From a virus (lineage: Duplodnaviria; Caudoviricetes), in the IMG/VR virus record IMGVR_UViG_3300027214_000019, positions 1 to 27,869 of that record: a DNA stretch of 27,869 nt; one strand, given 5' to 3'. A program made the position numbers and the translations under genes. Within the stretch, counting starts at the first letter, position 1; each line of letters opens with the position of its first letter. Shown here piece by piece: positions 7,697 through 15,336 of this stretch. A model generated the notes under the pieces. The model was given only the letters and a program-made list of their open reading frames with translations. It did no database searches and was not told where the DNA came from.

Positions 7697-7981
7697 TTAT
7701 TCTTCTCCTTTATTTTTTTTTATGTCTCCTAACCTTCTGTGAACTCCCCATATGAGTTCGTTGAAATAATAAGATAATTCGTATTGTTCCTCTTCAGCCA
7801 GTTCTTTAACCCTTAACTCATATTTCCATAGAGTTTCATTCAATAGTTTGGAAGTTTTCTCACCAGTAACTTTAGACAATTTCTGGCAATTCTCAATAAC
7901 ATTATCAACACCCCATTCAATAAGGGCAACCCTATCTTCTGTTGGAATGTTAAACAACTCCTTCACTTCTATTTCTTCCAT
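7697..7981 (-). CDS. Hypothetical helical protein
   Basis: Track ORF 7697..7996; ATG at 7981 abuts the upstream stop and is the likelier start. EEEQYEL resembles a UVR-like helical motif (weak). Confidence 0.65.
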   Translation of the reverse strand: MEEIEVKELFNIPTEDRVALIEWGVDNVIENCQKLSKVTGEKTSKLLNETLWKYELRVKELAEEEQYELSYYFNELIWGVHRRLGDIKKNKGEE

Positions 7982-7982
7982 A

Positions 7983-8276
7983 TTAAAGTTTCTCATTGCG
8001 TTCTATTCTATTTGACGGGACAAAGTCATAGTGTTTTCTGAAGTTAGATAACTCTTTAGACATTTTATCAATCTGTTTTTCGTAGTCATCAATTTTATCC
8101 TTGAGTTCTCTGATTTCAATTTTAAGGTCATTTATAGTTGAAGAATATACCTCTAGCAATTCTTTAACATTTTCTATAATAATCTTGTCCGTCTCTGCGT
8201 TTGTTTTTCTTGAACCAAACCAGTATCCCAAGAATGTTGTAATTAAGGTTATCAACCCCGTTAGCATTATATCCAT
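7983..8276 (-). CDS. Single-TM coiled-coil protein (holin-like candidate)
   Basis: Hydrophobic N-terminus (IMLTGLITLITTFLGYWFG), then RK, then a heptad-rich coiled coil. Confidence 0.5.
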   Translation of the reverse strand: MDIMLTGLITLITTFLGYWFGSRKTNAETDKIIIENVKELLEVYSSTINDLKIEIRELKDKIDDYEKQIDKMSKELSNFRKHYDFVPSNRIERNEKL

Positions 8277-8280
8277 ATAC

Positions 8281-8592
8281 TTAAATATCTTTGTTGTGTT
8301 GTTTTAATTTAGCCTTGAACCAATCATCACTATCTTTGTATTTGTAAAATCCAATACCGACCAATATTCTTTCAACTTCCTCTTTCTCACTAACAACTGC
8401 TTTTTGACGAGATATTTTACTTCTACAGGACGAACACATCAAACAATTACCATATGCGTCAATATAATTTACACACCCTCTAAACCTTCCCTTTGGAAGC
8501 CACAACTCACAATTATGGCATTCGTATTCCCACTCTCCGTTGGGGTCAACTCGTTTTCTTCTTACTAATAAATAATCAGGTTCTTTTTCCAT
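8281..8592 (-). CDS. Zinc-ribbon protein
   Basis: CHNC and CSSC CxxC pairs followed by a basic helix. Confidence 0.65.
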   Translation of the reverse strand: MEKEPDYLLVRRKRVDPNGEWEYECHNCELWLPKGRFRGCVNYIDAYGNCLMCSSCRSKISRQKAVVSEKEEVERILVGIGFYKYKDSDDWFKAKLKQHNKDI

Positions 8593-8599
8593 AGGTTAT

Positions 8600-8677
8600 A
8601 AAAAGGGGAGTTGTAAAAAAAAGATAAGCCAAACTCTACTAATGTTAAAAAAGTAAAATGAAAACCAACTCCCCCTT
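8600..8677 (-). other. Long-loop hairpin with U tract (sRNA or attenuator candidate)
   Basis: GGGGAGTTG (8605-8613) and CAACTCCCC (8666-8674) perfect 9-bp inverted repeat around a 52-nt loop; TTTT follows on the minus strand; TATATTTAT motif just upstream (8683-8691). Confidence 0.45.
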
Positions 8678-8700
8678 GAATAATAAATATACTATAAAAT

Positions 8701-8732
8701 AAAAAAACCCTAACTAGTTTTAGTTAAGGTTT
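8701..8732 (-). terminator. Intrinsic terminator
   Basis: AAACCTTAACTA-AAAC-TAGTTAGGGTTT-TTTT on the minus strand: 12-bp stem with one G-U pair. Confidence 0.7.
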
Positions 8733-9010
8733 CTTTTTATTACCAATAGTTTACGGACTTAAGTAATAATGTCTTTTATAAATTATAATCTATTTGATTA
8801 GCTAGTAAATTATATTCTACTAGATACTTAATAAATTATTAGTGGATTTAAGGAAGGTGATAAGTCCCCCTAGTCCCCCATTTGTAATAATGGTTATTTG
8901 ACTAGGTCTCTTATCACTTTCTCTAAAGAACTACTAGTGTCTTTTGAGGTAGAAGGGTATAAGTCCATTGAATTACCTTCAAGTGAGTTAGAGTATTTCA
9001 ACCCTAACAT
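8701..9010 (-). ncRNA. Candidate structured ncRNA or replication origin (~310 nt)
   Basis: No long ORF. Five consecutive inverted repeats (8987-9008, 8944-8982, 8840-8936, 8802-8823, 8786-8800) between a TTGAAA-N16-TATATT promoter-like site and a terminator. Confidence 0.45.
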
Positions 9011-9078
9011 CAATAAATATATGAAATCAAAAATAAGTTTCAATACCCTTACAAAAAAAATATGAAAATAATATTTAT

Positions 9079-9116
9079 TATAGGAACTTGACTGATGTTC
9101 CTAAATATACTATAAT
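9079..9116 (+). promoter_or_regulatory. Promoter/operator copy 3 (drives the HTH gene)
   Basis: TTGACT (9088-9093), N17, TATAAT (9111-9116). The perfect inverted repeat TAGGAAC-N9-GTTCCTA (9081-9103) brackets the -35 box. Confidence 0.8.
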
Positions 9117-9122
9117 TAAACT

Positions 9123-9335
9123 ATGCCACAAATCAAACTATCATTTACTCAAGTAAGAAACATTAAGAAACTCCTATTACAAGGAAGTTTAACTCACGCA
9201 CAGATTGCCAAGAGATATGGTGTCTCAAGAGGACACATAACTAAAATTGGGATTGGAATGAAAGACCCAAGTAAAGATTACGGAAAGTGGAAAACTCTTG
9301 ATGTTATTGAGAAACCACTTAACGAGAAATATTAA
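9123..9335 (+). CDS. Helix-turn-helix transcriptional regulator (only credible plus-strand gene)
   Basis: LTHAQIAKRYGVSRGHITKI HTH; has its own consensus promoter; its stop overlaps a convergent stop (TTAA 9332-9335). Confidence 0.85.
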   Translation: MPQIKLSFTQVRNIKKLLLQGSLTHAQIAKRYGVSRGHITKIGIGMKDPSKDYGKWKTLDVIEKPLNEKY

Positions 9336-9546
9336 GATTTCTTTTTTTCTTCCTTGAAAGGTTGTGAGATTGCTACTCTAATTTGTTCTGCGTGATTACC
9401 ACAGATATTCATTCTGTCCTTCGCACTTGGAACTGCTAATACCATTTTCCTTTGAGAGCTAATACCATTTTCCTTTGAGAAGAACAACGGGACATATAAC
9501 CGATTAGGCTTTCACCTCTTTTGTAGATAGGTAAGTAATCATTCAT
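9332..9546 (-). pseudogene. 63-aa Cys-pair module protein interrupted by a 23-bp duplication
   Basis: Removing one repeat copy gives 192 nt: MNDYLPIYKRGESLIGYMSRCSSQRKMVLAVPSAKDRMNICGNHAEQIRVAISQPFKEEKKKS. Confidence 0.7.
9435..9480. repeat. Perfect 23-bp tandem duplication
   Basis: GCTAATACCATTTTCCTTTGAGA at 9435-9457 and 9458-9480. Confidence 0.95.
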
Positions 9547-9550
9547 AATC

Positions 9551-10117
9551 TTAATACCAACAATGGTTATTCCAACTATATCTTAATCTTCTACCTAATA
9601 CTAATCCACCATTTCTAAACTTCTCACGAGGGTCAGCAGGTTGAAGTCCATTTGTAATCATATAGGTATAATACGGCTGGTAGAGGTTCTGGTTCCAATA
9701 CAACCAATCATTTGCTCTTTGTGAGTAGTAAGTAGCCAAATCTTCCATTTGGTTCTTTAGAGTTCTCCAAACCGCTAAATCTACAGGAACACTAAACTCT
9801 GTGTTTTCTTGTTGTATGCCTTTGTTGGCATACTTTGCTAACAAGTTATTGGTAAGATATACACCCGTCCAATACAACACAACATTCTGTAAGTATTGGT
9901 CTAACACAAACTTCCAATCCGCATATTGAGGTAATAAAATGTCTCCACTTGTAATCAATTCATTCATTCTATCAAACATTCTATCACCGACCAAATCACG
10001 AGCGTTGATTAGGTGTGCTTGATTTAAGGCTGGTATGATATTACCAGTCAGTAATGAGTAATCAATAGGGAGGTTTTCCCTTACGAAACTCTCGTCAATA
10101 TAATAAACATATGCCAT
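9551..10117 (-). CDS. Putative head-tail adaptor
   Basis: 188-aa helical protein TAATG-coupled to the portal gene; YIDE..V, P.LNQA, LVG..MF and NKGI pattern recalled from post-portal genes of related phages. Confidence 0.6.
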   Translation of the reverse strand: MAYVYYIDESFVRENLPIDYSLLTGNIIPALNQAHLINARDLVGDRMFDRMNELITSGDILLPQYADWKFVLDQYLQNVVLYWTGVYLTNNLLAKYANKGIQQENTEFSVPVDLAVWRTLKNQMEDLATYYSQRANDWLYWNQNLYQPYYTYMITNGLQPADPREKFRNGGLVLGRRLRYSWNNHCWY

Positions 10118-11253
10118 TACGCAGCGAAATTAGGAACTACAAGTTTATTCACAATTTTAACAGGTCTGTTGTATTTTAGTGTTAAGACATTCTCAAGAGC
10201 AACATTTATTTTTCTCAAGGCTGGTTCAATAACCATAGCTAACATATGTTTTGTGGCAACTACCAACTCATCTGCGTTCTGACTAAATGGATTACTTCCA
10301 AAAGTCTGAATGCCCAATAATAAGGGCGACGAGATTTGATTAGATGTAAGGATACTTTGGATACACATTTGTAATACCTCTGTGTAGAAAGTATCGTTTG
10401 CTTGGTTTGAGATGGTTTGGATTTCAGGTCTCTCTTCTGCGGTATTGGAGAATGCTAACATTACTTTCTGTCCGTTCTTACCTTGATACGACCTGATTAG
10501 CTCATCGTAGACGCTTTCTTTTTCTTCAGGGGTAGGGTCGCCAATCAAAGACACAAATAAGTTCGGCATAAGAGATGTGGCAATGTTTCTTTTGTGCCAG
10601 TCAAATACCTCGGCTTCTAACACCGCAGCATTTATACCCGCTTGATAAGGGGTTACTGGATAGTGTTTGTTGTCTGATGGTGTGTATTGTTTCCAATAGT
10701 AGAGTTGTCTAGCTTCACCTCTTTTGGTTAAATCCAATCCGTGAAACTTGGTAATCTTTTTATTTTGGACTGGCAACTGCCAGTATTCAGAGTAGTAGAA
10801 CCAATCCATCTCTCTATCGTGTTCGTCATAATCTTTCTTACCAACACGGATATTTTGGAAAGGAATGTGGTAGATACTTTCAATACCAGTCCCCTCCCTA
10901 TTGGGTATACATTCTAAACTCCAACCTCCAAAAGTCCAAAAATCATATAATAATTTATAATATAATTCGTTAAGGTTTTCATAACGATTTATCATAGGGT
11001 TTCCAATACCCTCAATTTCTACTCCCTCACCCATACTCATATTGACTTTACTATCAATACAAACTGATAATACTGGTGAGCTCTCCTTGATTTGTAATAG
11101 GAATTGTGGATAATCATTATTCACATTTCCCCAAGATACCCAAGGCTTATTTTTTGTTTCAATCTCCATATTCTCACGCACATCAATTCTGTTGATGCGG
11201 TAATCAATGGTGAAGGTCTTAAAGTTCAGGTCTTGTGATTTATTCATATCCAT
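10117..11253 (-). CDS. Portal protein
   Basis: 378 aa; WVSWG..N.YP, SP..S.CI..K, YHIPFQNIRV, YPVTPY, SYQG.NG and ISSPLLLGI match PBSX-like portal patterns. Confidence 0.85.
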   Translation of the reverse strand: MDMNKSQDLNFKTFTIDYRINRIDVRENMEIETKNKPWVSWGNVNNDYPQFLLQIKESSPVLSVCIDSKVNMSMGEGVEIEGIGNPMINRYENLNELYYKLLYDFWTFGGWSLECIPNREGTGIESIYHIPFQNIRVGKKDYDEHDREMDWFYYSEYWQLPVQNKKITKFHGLDLTKRGEARQLYYWKQYTPSDNKHYPVTPYQAGINAAVLEAEVFDWHKRNIATSLMPNLFVSLIGDPTPEEKESVYDELIRSYQGKNGQKVMLAFSNTAEERPEIQTISNQANDTFYTEVLQMCIQSILTSNQISSPLLLGIQTFGSNPFSQNADELVVATKHMLAMVIEPALRKINVALENVLTLKYNRPVKIVNKLVVPNFAA

Positions 11254-11271
11254 ATTCTATAAATAGTTAAA

Positions 11272-12075
11272 TTATCTTATTGTGTGGAGAATAAATCCAG
11301 GAAATCCAGCTGATGTTGATGAAACCAAAGTCGCACTATCACTACCAGCCCAAGTTGTAGGGAAAGTTGAAATTGAATATATGTTATTTCCAATTGATGT
11401 GGCACTGGTTGCCGCAGTATTAAATGGTGAGATATATTGAGTTCCAGCGTTGTTTATTACAAAACCATTATTCCACATTAAAACACCATTACTAAAATAA
11501 AAACTAGCATTTATACCCATTTGCCCAAAACGAGAAACGGGAGTTGATGCGGCAGTAATTTTAACAACAATAAAATAGAAGCCAGGACCAGTTCCACTAA
11601 AAGATAGTGGTGATGAGAATGTCCCCGTCTTAAATCCCGTTGATGCTGCTGAAATGTTTATCGTATTACTCAACTTTTGATATGGGATATATCCGTATGT
11701 GTCGTTGTATTGTGCGTTATAAAACGCCACATCAACACTTTCACCTGCTCCCAAAGTCAAGCAGTTCATAGTGAATGCTGAATAGGAGTATAAACCATTA
11801 TCGTAGAAGTATGACGATATTAAAACATTCTGTGATGCTGCTGGCGGTGTTGTGGTTGTTCCAATACCACTACCATAATATTTGGCAGCTGCTGGTCTAT
11901 AAACATTAAAAAGGTTAGAACCCTCAAATCTGTCTTCAGCGATTTTAACTCCCGTGTTATTTCCAAGACCATCTTGTAGGGCTTGAATTGATTGTGTAAT
12001 ACCCGTAGTTGCTGTCTCTAAATTGAGGACGCCAGGGTATGATGTGTTGATTGGTAATGGTGCTAGATTTGCCAT
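11272..12075 (-). CDS. Putative virion structural/fibre protein
   Basis: 267 aa, Ser/Thr/Gly/aromatic-rich beta composition, LQDGLGN motif, inside the structural cluster. Confidence 0.5.
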   Translation of the reverse strand: MANLAPLPINTSYPGVLNLETATTGITQSIQALQDGLGNNTGVKIAEDRFEGSNLFNVYRPAAAKYYGSGIGTTTTPPAASQNVLISSYFYDNGLYSYSAFTMNCLTLGAGESVDVAFYNAQYNDTYGYIPYQKLSNTINISAASTGFKTGTFSSPLSFSGTGPGFYFIVVKITAASTPVSRFGQMGINASFYFSNGVLMWNNGFVINNAGTQYISPFNTAATSATSIGNNIYSISTFPTTWAGSDSATLVSSTSAGFPGFILHTIR

Positions 12076-12087
12076 TCTGTGTATTTC

Positions 12088-12303
12088 TTATTCTATAATT
12101 ATCGGCTCAACCCATTCAATTAGGGGTAAGTTTTTTACCCATTCGTTTTGGGGGTATATTGACCCATTTATTTCTTCTTGGGATATAATCCAATTAGAAG
12201 GTGTGTTTCCGTCTAAAACGGGATAGAAATACCAATCGGGTTGAACTAATTGTCCCTCCAAATCGGTCTTCTGTAATTCTGTAAGTTTTCCTACTAATAT
12301 CAT
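12088..12303 (-). CDS. Small protein coupled to the fibre gene (possible chaperone)
   Basis: 71 aa, ATGA overlap with the 1011-aa gene; GQ...D.YF.P..D...NWIIS.EE...WVK.LPLI pattern. Confidence 0.65.
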   Translation of the reverse strand: MILVGKLTELQKTDLEGQLVQPDWYFYPVLDGNTPSNWIISQEEINGSIYPQNEWVKNLPLIEWVEPIIIE

Positions 12304-15300
12304 AATCTACCTAATGATGTGTTAAAGTTAGTTATAAGTGTGTTTAATGTGGATACTTCAGCGCCAGTTAAAACACTACTAATTTGGAACCAGTTGTATT
12401 CTCTTGTGGTTCTTGGACTTGGACTACCATTATTATTATTAGCCATTACGAATGCCGTTCTGTTAGGTCTTCCCGCAAGCGCAATAACTTCAGTTGCTAA
12501 TATAGTTCCGTTCCTATATCCTTTAACATCACCAGCATCTATTCTCTGTAGTAAATTAAATCCGTTGCTAGGATTATTTACAGCTGAAAAAGTAATTCCT
12601 ACTAAATTATCACTAATAGTTCCTAACATATTTGCGGAACTTCTTATATTCATATTTGACCTATGGGAAGCGTCAGTAGCACCAATATCAAATCTTGTTA
12701 TAGTTTCATTTTGGTCGGTTCTTGAATATACACCTAATCCAATCGTATTGGCACCATCGGTATTCAAGTTAAAATTAGTATCACCATAACCATTCACTCC
12801 ATTAGATAGAACCCCCGTTGAAGCGAATGTAATACCACCACTCCAAGTCATATCTTTAGTTCCTGGTGATTTTGCGTTGATTGCCGTTGAGGCTGATGTT
12901 CCACCCAGTATTGGATAGAATACATTTAACAAACTCCAAAGACCCGAAGATTTTAGTGATGTAAATAATTCATTTGTTGCTCCCGAAATATTACAATCCA
13001 AAGTTCCGCCAGCGGCAACAACAGCAGCTAAATAAACTTCAGCATCGGGGTCGGCTGATACACTACAACCAGCAAATCCTGCGGATTGAGGGAAACCACC
13101 AACAATATACCAACTACCGAAATTACCCGAAGACATTTCATTTGCGTAATAACCATTAGGAACAAGTGTTGTTAAACCTGCGTCAAGATAAACTTGTTGT
13201 GATGTGGTTAAACAAGCCCAACAAGTAAGTCCAGCACCAATACAACCACCACAATTACCTAAATCTAAAGCATATACATTAAAATAACATACCCCACTAC
13301 AAGCTTCATTTTGAGTTGCTCCCGATGATACTGAAAATACCAAAGGCACAGCTGGACTTGGTGATGGAGTTGGGGTTTGAGTTTGAGTAGGAGTTTGAGT
13401 AGGAGTTGGGGTAGGACTAATAGGCAATGGTGATGAAGTAGGAGTTGGGGTAGGACATACCGCAGGGTATGAAAGGTATGCGGTTGTTTGGTCGCCGACT
13501 GGCGGATAATAAACATTACCACCAATACCATTAAATCCAAAAGTAATAAAATCACTATTACCACTCCAACTTACACCAGATGTAAGAATATTTGTTGATT
13601 GTTTTTGAGAATACCAACCTAACCAATTATTAGATGGGTCATAACTTGATAAAATAGTATAATAAAATCCACCATCGTTTAATTGATATACTGGATATAA
13701 ATCAACCCCATTAGCACCAATTACAATATGACCTTGAGTTGAACCACTACGGACTGCGTAAGCGTATGGAGCACTTGAACCACTAATTTCATATTGTCTT
13801 AAATACGAACCATTTTGTAATGTAGATAGTGTTGAGCTTGATACAATAAACTCTTCGGGACATAATGGATATGAACTTTGAGTTGGAGTTGTGGTTGGTG
13901 TTTGAGTAGGTGTTGAGGTTTGAGTGTTGGTAGGGGTAATCGTAGGCGTAGGAGTGTTGGTAGGGGTAATCGTAGGCGTAGGAGTTGGACTAAATGGAGG
14001 GACTGGGTCGCACTCACTCCAAGTGTTAGAATTACAAGACCAACATTCCGTAATCGCAGACCACGAACAATCAAAAGTTGATGGAGTTGAACTCGGTGTA
14101 TTGGTAGGGGTTTGAGTTGGAGTTTCCGTAGGACTAACCGATGGTGTTATTGTCGTTGTTGGACTAACACTTGGGGTAATAGAAGGCGTAGGTGTAGGAC
14201 TAACACTCTCGGTTGGAGTTAAAGTAGGAGTATTAGTTGGGGTTTCCGTAGGGGTTTGAGTGTTGGTAGGAGTAATCGTAGGCGTAGGAGTTAAACTCTC
14301 GGTAGGAGTATTCGTAGGTGTTGTTGTTGTGGTTTGGGTTGGTGTAATACTTGGGGTAATAGAAGGCGTAGGAGTAGGACTAACACTTTCCGTAGGTGTA
14401 GTCGTTGGAGTATTCGTAGGAGTAATACTTGGGGTATTGGTAGGAGTATAGGTCGGCGTCTGTGTTGGACTTTCCGTTGGGGTAATACTTGGAGTATTCG
14501 TAGGAGTGGTGGTAGGAGTTTGAGTTGGAGTAGAACTCGCACCAGGACTACCACTTGGACTTGGTGTGATAGTGTTTGTAGGAGTTATAGAAGGAGTTTG
14601 GGTGGTCGTTGGTGTCGTTGTATTGGTAGGAGTAATTGAAGGTGTTAGAGACGATGTAGGCGTGTTAGTAGGAGTGGTGGTAGGAGTTTGAGTTGGTGTA
14701 GTAGTAGGCGTAGTAGTTGATGTCGGTGTCTTGGTTGGACTAACCGATGGAGTAATACTTGGAGTATTGGTCGGGGTTGTGGTTGGTGTTTTTGTTGGAG
14801 TAGGGGATGCGGAAATTGACGGAGTAATCGTTGGTGTGGTTGTTTTGGTAGGGGTCGGGCTTGGAGTTATAGATGCTGTAGGATTTGGTGTAGATGAAAC
14901 ATTATAGTAAATTACATTATTAGCAGTATTCGCTGTGTTTCCTGTGTAATATTCCAAGTTTTCATCAACAAAGATAAATCCTAATGATGAAACCAATTTT
15001 TCATAGGTAAGATTTACATTTAAGTTTGTTGGTGATGCTTGTTCGTAAACACCAATCCAATATTGGTTTTCGTTTTTGAGGTGTAAGTTTACAGGTGTCC
15101 CCGCACTGAAAATATAATTTGTCGCACCACTCAAGAATGTATTGAACGAAAACACATCATACTTTGACGCATAAGCTGATGGGTAAGTTGAACTAACATT
15201 TTCAGGAATAAAAGTGTAGCTTTCCTTACTCTGTGAGTTTTGTAATCTCCAAAGATAAGTTGGATTTGCTAATGTCTTAAACTCACTAGCCAAGACAAAA

Positions 15301-15335
15301 AGATTGTTCGTTGCGTTTTGTTGAATGTATAACAT
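12300..15335 (-). CDS. Large virion protein: globular N-domain, Pro/Thr stalk, Cys-rich modules, C-terminal beta-sandwich (LamG-like) domain
   Basis: 1011 aa; about 300 residues of TPT/TPS repeats; Cys clusters (CGGCIGAGLTCWAC); C-terminal domain begins DPDAEVYLAAV...LKSSGLW. Confidence 0.75.
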   Translation of the reverse strand: MLYIQQNATNNLFVLASEFKTLANPTYLWRLQNSQSKESYTFIPENVSSTYPSAYASKYDVFSFNTFLSGATNYIFSAGTPVNLHLKNENQYWIGVYEQASPTNLNVNLTYEKLVSSLGFIFVDENLEYYTGNTANTANNVIYYNVSSTPNPTASITPSPTPTKTTTPTITPSISASPTPTKTPTTTPTNTPSITPSVSPTKTPTSTTTPTTTPTQTPTTTPTNTPTSSLTPSITPTNTTTPTTTQTPSITPTNTITPSPSGSPGASSTPTQTPTTTPTNTPSITPTESPTQTPTYTPTNTPSITPTNTPTTTPTESVSPTPTPSITPSITPTQTTTTTPTNTPTESLTPTPTITPTNTQTPTETPTNTPTLTPTESVSPTPTPSITPSVSPTTTITPSVSPTETPTQTPTNTPSSTPSTFDCSWSAITECWSCNSNTWSECDPVPPFSPTPTPTITPTNTPTPTITPTNTQTSTPTQTPTTTPTQSSYPLCPEEFIVSSSTLSTLQNGSYLRQYEISGSSAPYAYAVRSGSTQGHIVIGANGVDLYPVYQLNDGGFYYTILSSYDPSNNWLGWYSQKQSTNILTSGVSWSGNSDFITFGFNGIGGNVYYPPVGDQTTAYLSYPAVCPTPTPTSSPLPISPTPTPTQTPTQTQTPTPSPSPAVPLVFSVSSGATQNEACSGVCYFNVYALDLGNCGGCIGAGLTCWACLTTSQQVYLDAGLTTLVPNGYYANEMSSGNFGSWYIVGGFPQSAGFAGCSVSADPDAEVYLAAVVAAGGTLDCNISGATNELFTSLKSSGLWSLLNVFYPILGGTSASTAINAKSPGTKDMTWSGGITFASTGVLSNGVNGYGDTNFNLNTDGANTIGLGVYSRTDQNETITRFDIGATDASHRSNMNIRSSANMLGTISDNLVGITFSAVNNPSNGFNLLQRIDAGDVKGYRNGTILATEVIALAGRPNRTAFVMANNNNGSPSPRTTREYNWFQISSVLTGAEVSTLNTLITNFNTSLGRL
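13880..14890. repeat. Pro/Thr-coding degenerate repeats, including an exact in-frame 30-bp tandem
   Basis: GAGTGTTGGTAGGGGTAATCGTAGGCGTAG at 13922-13951 and 13952-13981, plus many degenerate copies. Confidence 0.9.
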
Positions 15336-15336
15336 C

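Noticed and set aside
9435-9480. 23-bp direct repeat as a mini-CRISPR or att site
   Set aside because: The copies are adjacent with no spacer and lie inside a restorable ORF; no cas or integrase gene is present.
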